From contig NW_027361962.1 in NCBI RefSeq assembly GCF_039654945.1, positions 62,001 through 126,000 on the forward strand: 64,000 nucleotides of DNA, read 5' to 3'. Within the stretch, counting starts at the first letter, position 1; every line of letters starts with the position of its first letter. Made by a program: the position numbers and the translations under genes. A model generated the notes under the pieces. That model made no database searches. It was not told the DNA's origin and saw only the letters and a list, made by a program, of their open reading frames with translations. This stretch comes from Dendrobates tinctorius (taxonomy: Eukaryota). This document shows, piece by piece, positions 45,601 through 64,000 of this stretch.

Positions 45601-47548
45601 GCTATACAGCTTGTAAGTGCTGCTCTAAAGCTGAGCTGATCGCTGGATCCAGCTTCAGTGCCCCTGAGCTTCTTCACTGTTGCATCTGAGACACAACACA
45701 GGTAGGACCAAAAGCAGCGACGACTTGACTGTCAATTATAAGGACCAAGACCCCCACCTACCCCGGCAACAGAGAATCCGATAGGCAGTGGAGTAGGGTA
45801 CTGCTACTTTTACTATTTTAGACCAATGTACGAAAATTACAAAAAAAAAAAAGGATTAGACATCCTGGTTAAGGGTATGTTCACACATGGTGGATGGAGA
45901 TTTTCTCCCTGGATTTGCAAAGTGTAAAAAGATTTTACTTAGGCCTCAAATAGTCTGCAGGACTCATTCCTAAGAGAAAAAAACAGACCAGTTGCTGGAT
46001 CCAACTTTCTGTCATTTTTTGCCCGTTTTTACCATCAGTGGGGCATCTATTTTTCTCACATGCAAAAAAATAGGGAAGACAGAACCAGAACCAGAACACA
46101 GCACCTGAAAAGGAAGACGGCTCCAAAACGGGTGAACAGCGCCACAATTGGAACAGAGCTCATGGATGAAACTGGGATGGCATCGGTGTGGTATTCTTTT
46201 TTTTTTCCTTGCTCCCATTCAATTTAATGTGCACATTTGATCTATGGCTCAGTTGACAAAATGTCATGTTTTATTTTTGTGGGGGTTTTTTTTTGGAGAC
46301 TATGTCCACAATAAAACACTGACATGTTAACATTCCCATTGCCTATAATGGTTTTGTGCTCTATATGTGAAATATGACCTATATCTAACCCAGACGCAAC
46401 TGAAAAAATCTGCAACAGAAATTGACAATCATCGCTATCAATGCTGTGACTTTTCACCATAAATTTCAGCCTTTGCAATGCATTTGACAGCCACAATGTA
46501 TGCAAGGATTTCCTGTTTGTTAGGCTATCCCTGCATGTGTTGCGGCTGTTGAACAGCCACGAGACATGCAGCCTCGGGGACTGGAACATATTTTTTGAAC
46601 ACGAAAAAGACACTGGTTTAGCACACGGGCATGCTCAGATAACACCTTATCCCAGCACGTTCGGTCATCACTACTAAACATTAAACAACCTAACTTTATG
46701 AATTATCGTAACAATATGATGTTATTGTATTAATGGTAAAGATTTGTATGTTACCAGAACATGTGCATGCAATTTATATAGTTACATCATGCTTATGATT
46801 TGGTTTATTTTGGTTTTAAATAGTTCGTAACATTGCATTGGTATTATCTCTATGAGTAAGGGTGCTTTTACACTGCATTCTGCGTCCCCATTGGAGCATA
46901 CGTCCGAAATCCATCACATAACGGGGTCCGGACGCATGTGCAGACAGTGCCATAGACTGTAATGGTGACGGCAGAATGAACGAGCTCTCTGCAGTGCACT
47001 TTTTTCGGGAATATACACCTACAGTAGGCAGACACTGAGACACAGTCTACTACATCTGAGTGGCCGCCTACACTCCCGAAAATGGTGCACAGCACGTTCG
47101 CTCTGCCGTCACCATTACAGTCTATGGCGCTGTTGGCGCATGCGTCCAGACCCGTTTTGCAGGGGATATCGGACATCGAACATATGCCCCGATGGGGATG
47201 CAGAACGCAATGTGAAAGCCCCCTAAGGGGAGTCAGCAGTACTGGGAACGCGTCAGAGAGGCACATAAGAACCATCAGAATGGTTTTTAATGGATCTGTC
47301 AGTTTTATAATTCAATGTTTCTGCTGTTTTTATCCAGAATTTTTGTTTGATTTTGCTGGGCAACCGTTTTTTGCGGGTCCCACATTACGTGAAGCTACAT
47401 TATATTCTATAGCGGAAAGTTCAATTTTTTTCTCCGATGCATAGTGGGAATTCCAGAGCAGAAAATCTGAGCATGATTATGTGCCCTAAGGGCCCGGTAC
47501 CTTTGCCTTCTCTTCTAAGGTGAGATATCTCTCTGGCATGTTTTCCAT
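27410..47548 (-). CDS. PALB2: Partner and localizer of BRCA2, complete spliced CDS, 13 coding exons, 3744 nt / 1247 aa
   Basis: N-terminal coiled coil [29 protein letters not shown], ChAM motif ([17 protein letters not shown]), MRG15 motif [10 protein letters not shown] and a C-terminal WD40 domain ending [13 protein letters not shown]. All introns are GT-AG with consistent phases. Confidence 0.95.
27960..28387. mobile_element. T2/Kolobok-type palindromic MITE
   Basis: TTAA|AGGGCTTGTCC ... GGATAACCCCT|TTAG with a long internal inverted repeat. Confidence 0.65.
28555..28703 (-). CDS. PALB2: PALB2 exon 12
   Basis: GLLFLVVG...VFKLLATNP...YMLP, 149 nt. Confidence 0.92.
30464..30551 (-). CDS. 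PALB2: PALB2 exon 11
   Basis: [29 protein letters not shown], 88 nt. Confidence 0.9.
30873..30989 (-). CDS. PALB2: PALB2 exon 10
   Basis: [35 protein letters not shown], 117 nt. Confidence 0.92.
31295..31456 (-). CDS. PALB2: PALB2 exon 9
   Basis: [19 protein letters not shown]...[12 protein letters not shown], 162 nt. Confidence 0.9.
31645..31730 (-). CDS. PALB2: PALB2 exon 8
   Basis: [28 protein letters not shown], 86 nt. Confidence 0.92.
31826..31990 (-). CDS. PALB2: PALB2 exon 7 (WD40)
   Basis: [16 protein letters not shown]...VHTWKFAE. Confidence 0.9.
32116..32196 (-). CDS. PALB2: PALB2 exon 6
   Basis: ESANRSDQ...[12 protein letters not shown]|...|GTCAGA. Confidence 0.85.
32235..32519 (-). 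mobile_element. tRNA-derived SINE (V-SINE type with an L2-like tail)
   Basis: Pol III A box TGGCTCAGTGG and B box GGTTCGAATCC, a V-domain-like core and a (TTA)n tail. TSD ACCGTCTA at 32227-32234 and 32520-32527. Confidence 0.88.
32564..33564 (-). CDS. PALB2: PALB2 exon 5 (MRG15-binding FxLP motif)
   Basis: [19 protein letters not shown]. The phase-compatible acceptor is TTTTTCCGAAG| and the donor is GAA|GTAAGT. Confidence 0.88.
33706..35834. repeat. 81/86-bp satellite array (about 25 units) filling PALB2 intron 4
   Basis: Unit CCAGAGCTGCACTCACTATTCTGCTGGTGCAGTCACTGTGTACATACATTACATTACTGATCCTGAGTTACATCCTGTATTATACT. Confidence 0.97.
35881..37332 (-). CDS. PALB2: PALB2 exon 4 (contains ChAM)
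   Basis: 1452-nt open frame containing [39 protein letters not shown]. Junctions TTTTCTAG| and AG|GTAACA. Confidence 0.93.
38291..38405 (-). CDS. PALB2: PALB2 exon 3
   Basis: [26 protein letters not shown]..., TAG|...|GTTGGT. Confidence 0.9.
38657..38716 (-). CDS. PALB2: PALB2 exon 2
   Basis: [20 protein letters not shown], 60 nt, CAG|...|GTATGC. Confidence 0.93.
39795..40800 (-). pseudogene. DIRS tyrosine recombinase (frameshift near 40080)
   Basis: [10 protein letters not shown] (catalytic R), RAHSTR (HxxR) and [13 protein letters not shown] (catalytic Y). Confidence 0.88.
40803..42613 (-). pseudogene. DIRS reverse transcriptase / RNase H / methyltransferase-like ORF (frameshift near 41600)
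   Basis: [27 protein letters not shown] and YLDD; then [26 protein letters not shown] and the MT-like DLMAS...YLFPP. Confidence 0.88.
42701..43997 (-). pseudogene. DIRS gag-like ORF (frameshift near 43005)
   Basis: [10 protein letters not shown]...[11 protein letters not shown]...[13 protein letters not shown], continuing as [10 protein letters not shown] in the next frame. Confidence 0.75.
46860..47223. mobile_element. PIF/Harbinger MITE, fully palindromic
   Basis: TAA|GGGTGCTTTTACACTGCATTCTGCGTCCCC ... GGGGATGCAGAACGCAATGTGAAAGCCCCC|TAA. Confidence 0.78.
47501..47548 (-). CDS. PALB2: PALB2 coding exon 1 ([16 protein letters not shown])
   Basis: 16 codons resembling human MDEPPGKPLSCEEKEK. 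Donor AAG|GTACCG, with an acceptor 6 nt upstream of the ATG. Confidence 0.85.
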
Positions 47549-48399
47549 TTCTTGCTATAAAAAAAAAAGAAGAAACATCAGAGACATGACATATAACACA
47601 AAGCTGCATATTGTCACCAATTTTCAGGGGACCCAGGCAAATGAATAGCAAAATCTGCACATGATGCACAGACGCCTCTCTGTTCCCGGCGGCGGGTATA
47701 ATGAACCCACTTTTGAGACCGATGCAGGCCCTTACGGCGGGAGTTTATGCATGAGACAGGTGTACATCGACACGGGGCTATTCCCATCCTCACAGACGGA
47801 TATTGTCGGATAGTCCTTGTAAATAAAAGCAATTTCGGAATTTGCTGACTATTCATATTTACTACCGTTCTTGAGAAATTAACACAACAGCTCGTTGCCT
47901 TGGAGACCGGCCACCGCTGCTGTCAATCATGGCTCTGATGACATCCTATGGCCCAGGATACCCGTCAGCATTCCGGATCTACCTACCACGGGGACGAAGG
48001 CGGATTTAAAGGAATGTACCAAAATTGATGCTTTAAAAGCCCCAAACTTGTAACTTTATTAAAAAAACAACACTGGGGTCACGTAAACACCATCCGGCCC
48101 CCGCGGGGAAACGACACGACTGGCGTATAATTTGTGATCACATGACTACTTTGTCGCACACCTAGGTCACCTGATCGCTGAACGTGACGTCCCATTGGCT
48201 GACAGCTATGACGGTCACATGATACCAACCACTGTCTTAGCAATATATAAAAAAAAGCAGCTTTAAGGAAAATGTCAGCATTTTCTCAGAAAACCCCTTT
48301 AAGGTTTCCTAAGTGTAATACTAGTTGCGCTATAGGCAATGCGCGGTATAACTGGAGCACAGACGCAGGTCAGAGGCTATTTCCACCCCCCCATGTACG

Positions 48400-48521
48400 T
48401 ACACAGGCGGCCGCCATTTCTGCTCTCCGGCCGACGTCACTTCCGGCATCCTCCTCAGCCACCGCGTCACGTGATACTGCACGGCGGCCAGGGGCGGAAG
48501 TGACGTCACGCCGGCCGAGCC
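48400..48521. promoter_or_regulatory. Bidirectional PALB2/DCTN5 promoter
   Basis: Inverted ETS-CRE composites GACGTCACTTCCGG (48433-48446) and CGGAAGTGACGTCAC (48495-48509), a central E-box GTCACGTGA (48466-48474) and a YY1-like GCCGCCATTT (48410-48419). Confidence 0.85.
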
Positions 48522-58253
<9,732 letters not shown>

Positions 58254-58537
58254 AATGGATCGCCCATCTCACTTGGCTGGTTTATTGTTTCTTTTTTTAT
58301 CATTATTTTGTATATGTATATATTAACACATCTCCGCCATTCCCTTTTATGTATTTATTGAAGACTTTTCTGTATCCTCTGCACTCCATGGCATCTGTCC
58401 CGCTCAGCATGGATCAGAATGGGATCCATTCAGAAAATTCAGCATTGCCGCTACCTTTCTGACAAGTAGGTCTACGAGCTGTCGGTCTGCGGGAAATCAC
58501 TGACGTCACTTTGCAATAGATTAGCACTTGCCGATAA

Positions 58538-58543
58538 AATAAA
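58538..58543 (+). promoter_or_regulatory. Candidate DCTN5 polyadenylation signal
   Basis: AATAAA 285 nt after the stop codon, followed by U-rich sequence. Confidence 0.4.
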
Positions 58544-58773
58544 TATCCGCCTTCTGCATTGCTTCCATTTTGTTTCTATCCAGTTGAATGTTCTTGACGC
58601 AGGATAGGCCTCGCAAAAAGGACCCATGTCCCTTGTATGGTTTGCACAGGACAATGGAAGAATGATGCTCTTATTACATGTGGTCCAAATGGCCGTTTCC
58701 CAGCATAAGCAGTAGCCAATTACAATACAATGCACATTTATCCTACCCCTTTAAAGGGGTTGTCTCACCTTAA

Positions 58774-59270
58774 AGGGAATGTGTCAGCAGCATTTCAAAC
58801 CACACCCCCCCAGACTATTTATATGCGCATGAAGCTCTTTCAAAGACAAGTCCCGCAATACCATTGCATGACCAGTCCATTCCTCCATTACTGAGAAATT
58901 GGCTTTTGGATTGATATGCAGGCTGAAGAGCTATGGTAGATCTGAAGCCTCTGTCACTCCAGCTCTATTCCCCATCCAAGGCCACATCCTCCTTCTTGAC
59001 TGACAGCCTCTTTGCTCTTCCGGCTTGACTGATAGCATGCAGGCTGTTAGTCAAGCTGAAAGATGTGGTGCTGAGCAGGGAATAGAGGTGGAATGACAGA
59101 GGCTTCAGATCTACCATAGCTCTTCAACCTCATTTGCATATCAATCCAAATGCCAACTTCTCAGTAATGGAGGAATGCCCTGGCGATCCAAAGGTATTGC
59201 TGGACTTGTTTTTGAAACAGCAACATGCAGATAAAAATAGTTTGGGGGTGAAACCCTGCTGACATTCCCT
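58774..59270. mobile_element. T2/Kolobok-type fold-back MITE
   Basis: TTAA|AGGGAATGTGTCAGCAG ... CTGCTGACATTCCCT, with a near-perfect internal palindrome at 58880-59178. Confidence 0.75.
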
Positions 59271-60418
59271 TTTAAATGGGTAAAATTTGCTTGTAAAAAC
59301 AAACAACTTTGTCATTTATCTCTTACTAGAAATACTCTCCGTTCCCAAAAAACAGCGATGTTTAATTCTGTTGTATGTCTCTTGTTGCCTATGTTACCGG
59401 CCACTTTTGCATTTTATCAGAGGTGGCCGGTTTCCAATGCAAAATGCACCAACTTTTATGCTTTAGAACCTGCATAGATGCGACCACCTCTGATCATTTT
59501 CCCATCAATTTCTTCTGGATTCTCCTAATCCTCTCCAGGACGTGTATAATAAACCATGGGTGTCAGAATCCTTTTTTTCAGGGATTCCAAGAGAAACCTA
59601 AGTGGAGAGCACTGGATGAGTGTGAACCAAGCCTAACACAGGTGAAGGTGCCCGTATACCCGGCCGGCGTGCTCGGCACTGGTAGCGTACAAATAACCGG
59701 CGAGTAGTGGCAGGGGATAATTTATGGCTTCCGAGTAATGACTTCCGTGTGTGTGTGGGTGGATTTTCACTCGCAATGACACAATGTTCTGTTTTTCATA
59801 AATGCCAGCTTACGCTTTGCTTTTCCTGGACGCAAACATGATTTGTATCACAGGAAAAAAAGATGGGTGCAGGGAAAGCATCACCTATAGATGAGAATTT
59901 CAGGTTCGTCTCCTGCTCAATATTCCAGGATCGTCAGGATGAAATATTCAGGAGTGACTGCAGTCATCGCCATCATCCCCCTTCTTTTGTCAGGCCATGA
60001 TCTGGTCCTCGCATCATACACCGGCTTTACCTGCTCCCTATGGTAGGAAACATTGTGGTCACCCATGTTTTTTTTTTTTTTTGTTTTTTTTTCTTCCTTT
60101 ATAAGGATGGCTATAGTAGAGGGGTGAGGAGTCATCATCATGTTAACCAGGATTACAAAAACATGGCTGCTGCCTTCCAGAAACAGCATGTTTTTTTTTT
60201 CTCACTTCAGGTTGTGAAAAACGCCTGGTGGAAAAAAAAAAAAAAAAAAAAAGTGCATGACACTTCTTCCAAGCTGCTCCTTAAAGATAACTATCCATAC
60301 TAGGCATTGCCCAATGAAAAGTCTGCAAAAAAAAAAAACACTTCCGGAAGAAAAGCTTTTCCAAAGCACTTAAAAAAAAATTCTTCCAAAACTGCTTCAA
60401 GAAATTAAAAACTCCAAG

Positions 60419-60512
60419 CCAGAATCTCAATTTGCAGACACGGTGTTTCTGGGGTGTTGCCCCTCATCAGTGCAAAGTATGTGATCTGATTTGGCTAGGT
60501 GAGAGATTCTGG
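60419..60512 (-). ncRNA. Type I hammerhead ribozyme-like motif with a 1-nt insertion next to the core
   Basis: On the - strand: UUUGCA-CUGAUGA-GGGG CAACA CCCC-A-GAAACAC C GUGUC/UGCAAA. Stem I is extended by CCAGAAUCUC/GAGAUUCUGG. Confidence 0.7.
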
Positions 60513-60646
60513 ACTGGGTCTAAGGGGTAACATTTCTCTTTGTGGAAAGTGACAAGCCAAGCCTGGCATGTCAGAGTGAGGAGACTTATAAGCCATGCAT
60601 GCTTCTAAGGGAAATTAAATTGTCTCTTCAGAGAGGACTAGAGCAA

Positions 60647-60662
60647 CAGCGCCATCTATTGG
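60647..60662 (-). promoter_or_regulatory. CTCF-like motif
   Basis: CCAATAGATGGCGCTG on the - strand is a close match to the CTCF core consensus. Confidence 0.4.
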
Positions 60663-63600
60663 AAGCAACGATCCTAAAAAGTCAGTATCGATCAATGGAC
60701 ACTGTAATGCTTCATTTTTCCCTCTGGTGAGGCTGTTGAGGAATTAAACACTGCTGGGTTCCCCCACAAACGCCGAGATCAGAACACCTCGTGATCAGCT
60801 CAAACGTTGTATCAAACCCTTTAAGCGGAACCGATCACCAGGTTTATTCCGCCCTAACTGACAGCATCACTGAGCGCCCGTTCTAGTCGGACCCCTGGGA
60901 TGCCCACCAATCAGTGAGGGGAACAGATTACTGTCATTAGCGACCAGATGGGGTGAGATGGAGCTTTATAAGGGCACAGCGAGTCCTCCTATACAGCTTC
61001 CCAGGTGGGAGATAAGGCCGAGTTTACGGGAAAGGTGACCGCAGAGAAGCCCTATTTATAGGCCACTGATTATTCATGGCGATAACCTGAAATCATCTCT
61101 ATTCATTTTGAGATCTCTCGGCACAAACTGAGCATTGACGGATCAGATAAAACTAAGCCGGAGGCTCAGCGTAAGTGCGGTGACAGGTGACATAGAGAGA
61201 GCTTCTAAGGCTGAGCAGAAAGCAGGACTTTATGTTCAAGTCCAAGGATTAGATGAAAACTTGGCTGATGTGTAGGGTTTGTTTTGTATATAGTTACTAA
61301 GCATATCCATAGAAAATAATACAAACCAGGTGCAGCTGAAGACCCCAAATCTCAAACTGGCAAATTGTTGTACTTTTCTAAAACCTTGGTGTGTGGTATG
61401 GCACCGGAGAGATCACGCAGAATCCCACTGCTGCCACCACATGTGAAGTACTCGCCACCCCGCCTGAGTCCACTTTTCCATTAGTAGGATCACGCAGTAT
61501 GGTCTCCTCACTGGCACTGTGACGTTCCGCACTCCCTGGCAACATGTAAGGTCAGTTTGGCACAGTTTTACGCAGTCATCCCCTGTCTACACGGGATTGG
61601 GGGTGAGGGAGGGTGGCCTACTCAGCCGCTGATGTGGCACCACACTCGCTCACAACCCTGAAAGGCCCATTTCACATGCACCAGTCAAACAGCGCTCTGC
61701 CAACCCGATAGGACTGCCACCAGTTTTTTGTTACATATAATCCTTAATGGGATTATATGTGCCAGAAACCAGCCCCATTAGCATGGAAAGTTAAAGCCGA
61801 GAACATGAACGTGCTGATCGAGATATAAGAGCAGCCCAAGGTTAAATTATATGTTTAATCACCTTAAGGGCACATTAGACAATACACCATATACACTGGT
61901 CAGATATGCAAACACAAATAGTGGTAGTATAAAAGTATGCAGATGCAGAATAGAAGTCAGTTACCAGTCAGATGAAATGCCTGGCTTATGGGAGAGGGGC
62001 TGCCACATGGGAGGCTGGTGGTCCCCTCTGTTCCTCAAATTCTCCCCACACGATATCTCATTGCGAACTCCCCAGAGAAAAGTAATAGGCCATGCTTTAC
62101 ACGAGCATTTAACCCATTGGGGTCCCTCCCCTCCTGCCCCCTGAGCTGGAAAACTAAATCCCCTCCCCTTGCATCTTGCAGCTAAAAGCTCCAAAACCTA
62201 AGATGGGTCATAACTGCTTAATGGGCGATCCTAGGGAGGCGGTTTTTGTGCCATTGGATCCGGCCGGGCCGCTGCTACGCGTTGAGACCAAACATGGCTT
62301 TGCTACCTTGCTCTTACTACCCATTCTCCATTATTCCCCACCTTTGGGTGCTAGAACAGATTGAGACCCTGGGAGGCGTTTGCCCTGTTCTGGGGATCTC
62401 AGAAATATACACAATGTACGGCTAGGACATATTGTATCTCCATAACTCCTTATGGAAGTATGTTCCTAGAATGTCCTAGAACCTTTCTTGGTAGCTTAGA
62501 TTCGCCATGACTCGATATTGCAAGCAAGCCTTTTGTCCTGAGCATAGCTGGCAAAAGGTGTGAGATCTGTCACTCACAGCCTTTTGAGGCTTGACCACCA
62601 GCTGACCTAGGTGCCAGCTTTCTCCTTGAGGCTTTGAGAATGCTGTAGACAACCTGCTGAGCCAGGTTTCCTGTCCCTGCTGCACAAAAAAAGGGTGGGG
62701 GAGGTTATAATCCCATGCCAAATAGGATACAAATGATTGACATGAAATTATAGCTTCAATATTCTTCACACTCGGATTTTGCTATAAGGCATCTGGCTCC
62801 AGCAGGAGCTCTCCCCCACTCTTCTGTCTGTCATAGATGAAAACAGGAGGGCTCAGGAAGAATTGGTTTCAATCAAGTATCAGGAAATCCTAAGACAAAA
62901 CGTCATGCCGTATGCATGAAGAAACTGACAATTACTGTAGTAGAAAATGTGTACATTTTTCAACTAAGTTGAAGGGGTTGAATAATTCTGACAGCAACCA
63001 TATTTACTATTCATATAAATACTACAAACCATGGGCAGAGAAACTGATGGGCTCTTATAATAATAATAAATTATAATAAATTTTATTTCTATAGCGCCGA
63101 CATATTCCGCAGCACTTTACATTTCTTCTAGTCACGTCACCGCTGCAACCACTCACAGGCTGCAGCGGTCCTCTGACTTCCGAATAGACGAATACTTCTT
63201 CCCAAGTAGTTGCATACCCTTGAAGCAGCCTGTGCCGGATCTGCGGGACTGCTGGAAGGCGAGTATGCCACAGATTTTTATTGGGACAACCCCTTTAAAT
63301 TACTACACTATCCTGAGAAAATAAGTCCTGGCAAAGTCGAGTCAAGCTGATAATACGGGACAGATGTTATGTGAGTAGCAGCAGCGTGCCGCCATAAAAA
63401 AAGACAACCCAGCCTCCATTCACGAGAATCGGTGCGGTTTGTTTGTATTCTGCTGCCTGTTACATGTAGGTCACTGCTTTTTTTTTTTTTTATTTTATCA
63501 TGCCAGTTATAGTCAGTTTTACAACAGGTTTTTTTTTATGGCCAACACCTTGTGGTGTCACGTGTACCTACGAGATATGTACACACCTGACACAAGATAT

Positions 63601-64000
63601 AATCCTTGGGCTCTGGCATTAACAGAAGCACGAGGAGTAGGGCAGAGAGGAATGTAAAACCAGTAGATGGGAACTGTTTTGCCACACCAAGGGTGCACCG
63701 TCCGTGTGCCTGTGCGCCTGTGCTTGGTTTGAACAGTCATTTTGTGCTGACAGACCCCCTTTAAAGAGGCAGTTGCACTCACTTTGGACAGTACTTTGTT
63801 GGAAAAGTGTCAAGTGAATCAACAGTACTTGTTCAATTTCCAAACAGTGCCTCCACTGGACAAATTAAGTACTGCTGGGTAAAGTCCTCCAGCGTGACAG
63901 ACGCACTCTGTAGCCACTCTTACTAATAGATAAATAGAGGACCACCCTCCTGATTAATATCCTTGTTTTTCCTAATTATTTTGCATGTTTTTTGTTTTTT

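Noticed and set aside
61390-62780. Possible LTR/ERV-like segment or PLK1 exons downstream of DCTN5
   Set aside because: No paired LTR, TSD or recognisable protein motif was found, and no kinase-like translation was seen.

Overview
This is vertebrate genomic DNA, most likely from an anuran (frog), inferred from the repeat repertoire (TTAA-AGG MITEs, DIRS1, V-SINE, 86-bp satellite). Most short ORFs in the track are noise. The window carries the conserved NDUFAB1-PALB2-DCTN5 block. NDUFAB1 (- strand) has coding exons 1-3 here and its last exon off the left edge. PALB2 (- strand) is complete with 13 coding exons (1247 aa), and DCTN5 (+ strand) is complete with 6 exons (182 aa). PALB2 and DCTN5 sit head-to-head across a roughly 100-bp symmetric ETS-CRE/E-box promoter. 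The introns are packed with nested mobile elements: a Helitron; a hAT element containing a CR1 LINE and a DD36E Tc1 element; a Gmr1-like SCAN-domain LTR retrotransposon; an R4-clade LINE; a near full-length DIRS1 tyrosine-recombinase retrotransposon; an intact DD35E Tc1 transposase; many MITEs; a SINE; and three minisatellite arrays. The most notable observations are: (1) a 110-bp mini-DIRS that is a circular permutation of the DIRS internal complementary region; (2) a type I hammerhead ribozyme fold at about 60.4 kb; (3) a candidate extra in-frame PALB2 first exon inside the bidirectional promoter; (4) a chimeric tRNA-Val/tRNA-Ala primer-binding site; (5) a 0.9-kb inverted Tc1 pair in NDUFAB1 intron 1; and (6) satellite arrays made of repeated splice-site-like motifs. 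All calls were made by eye, without database searches.
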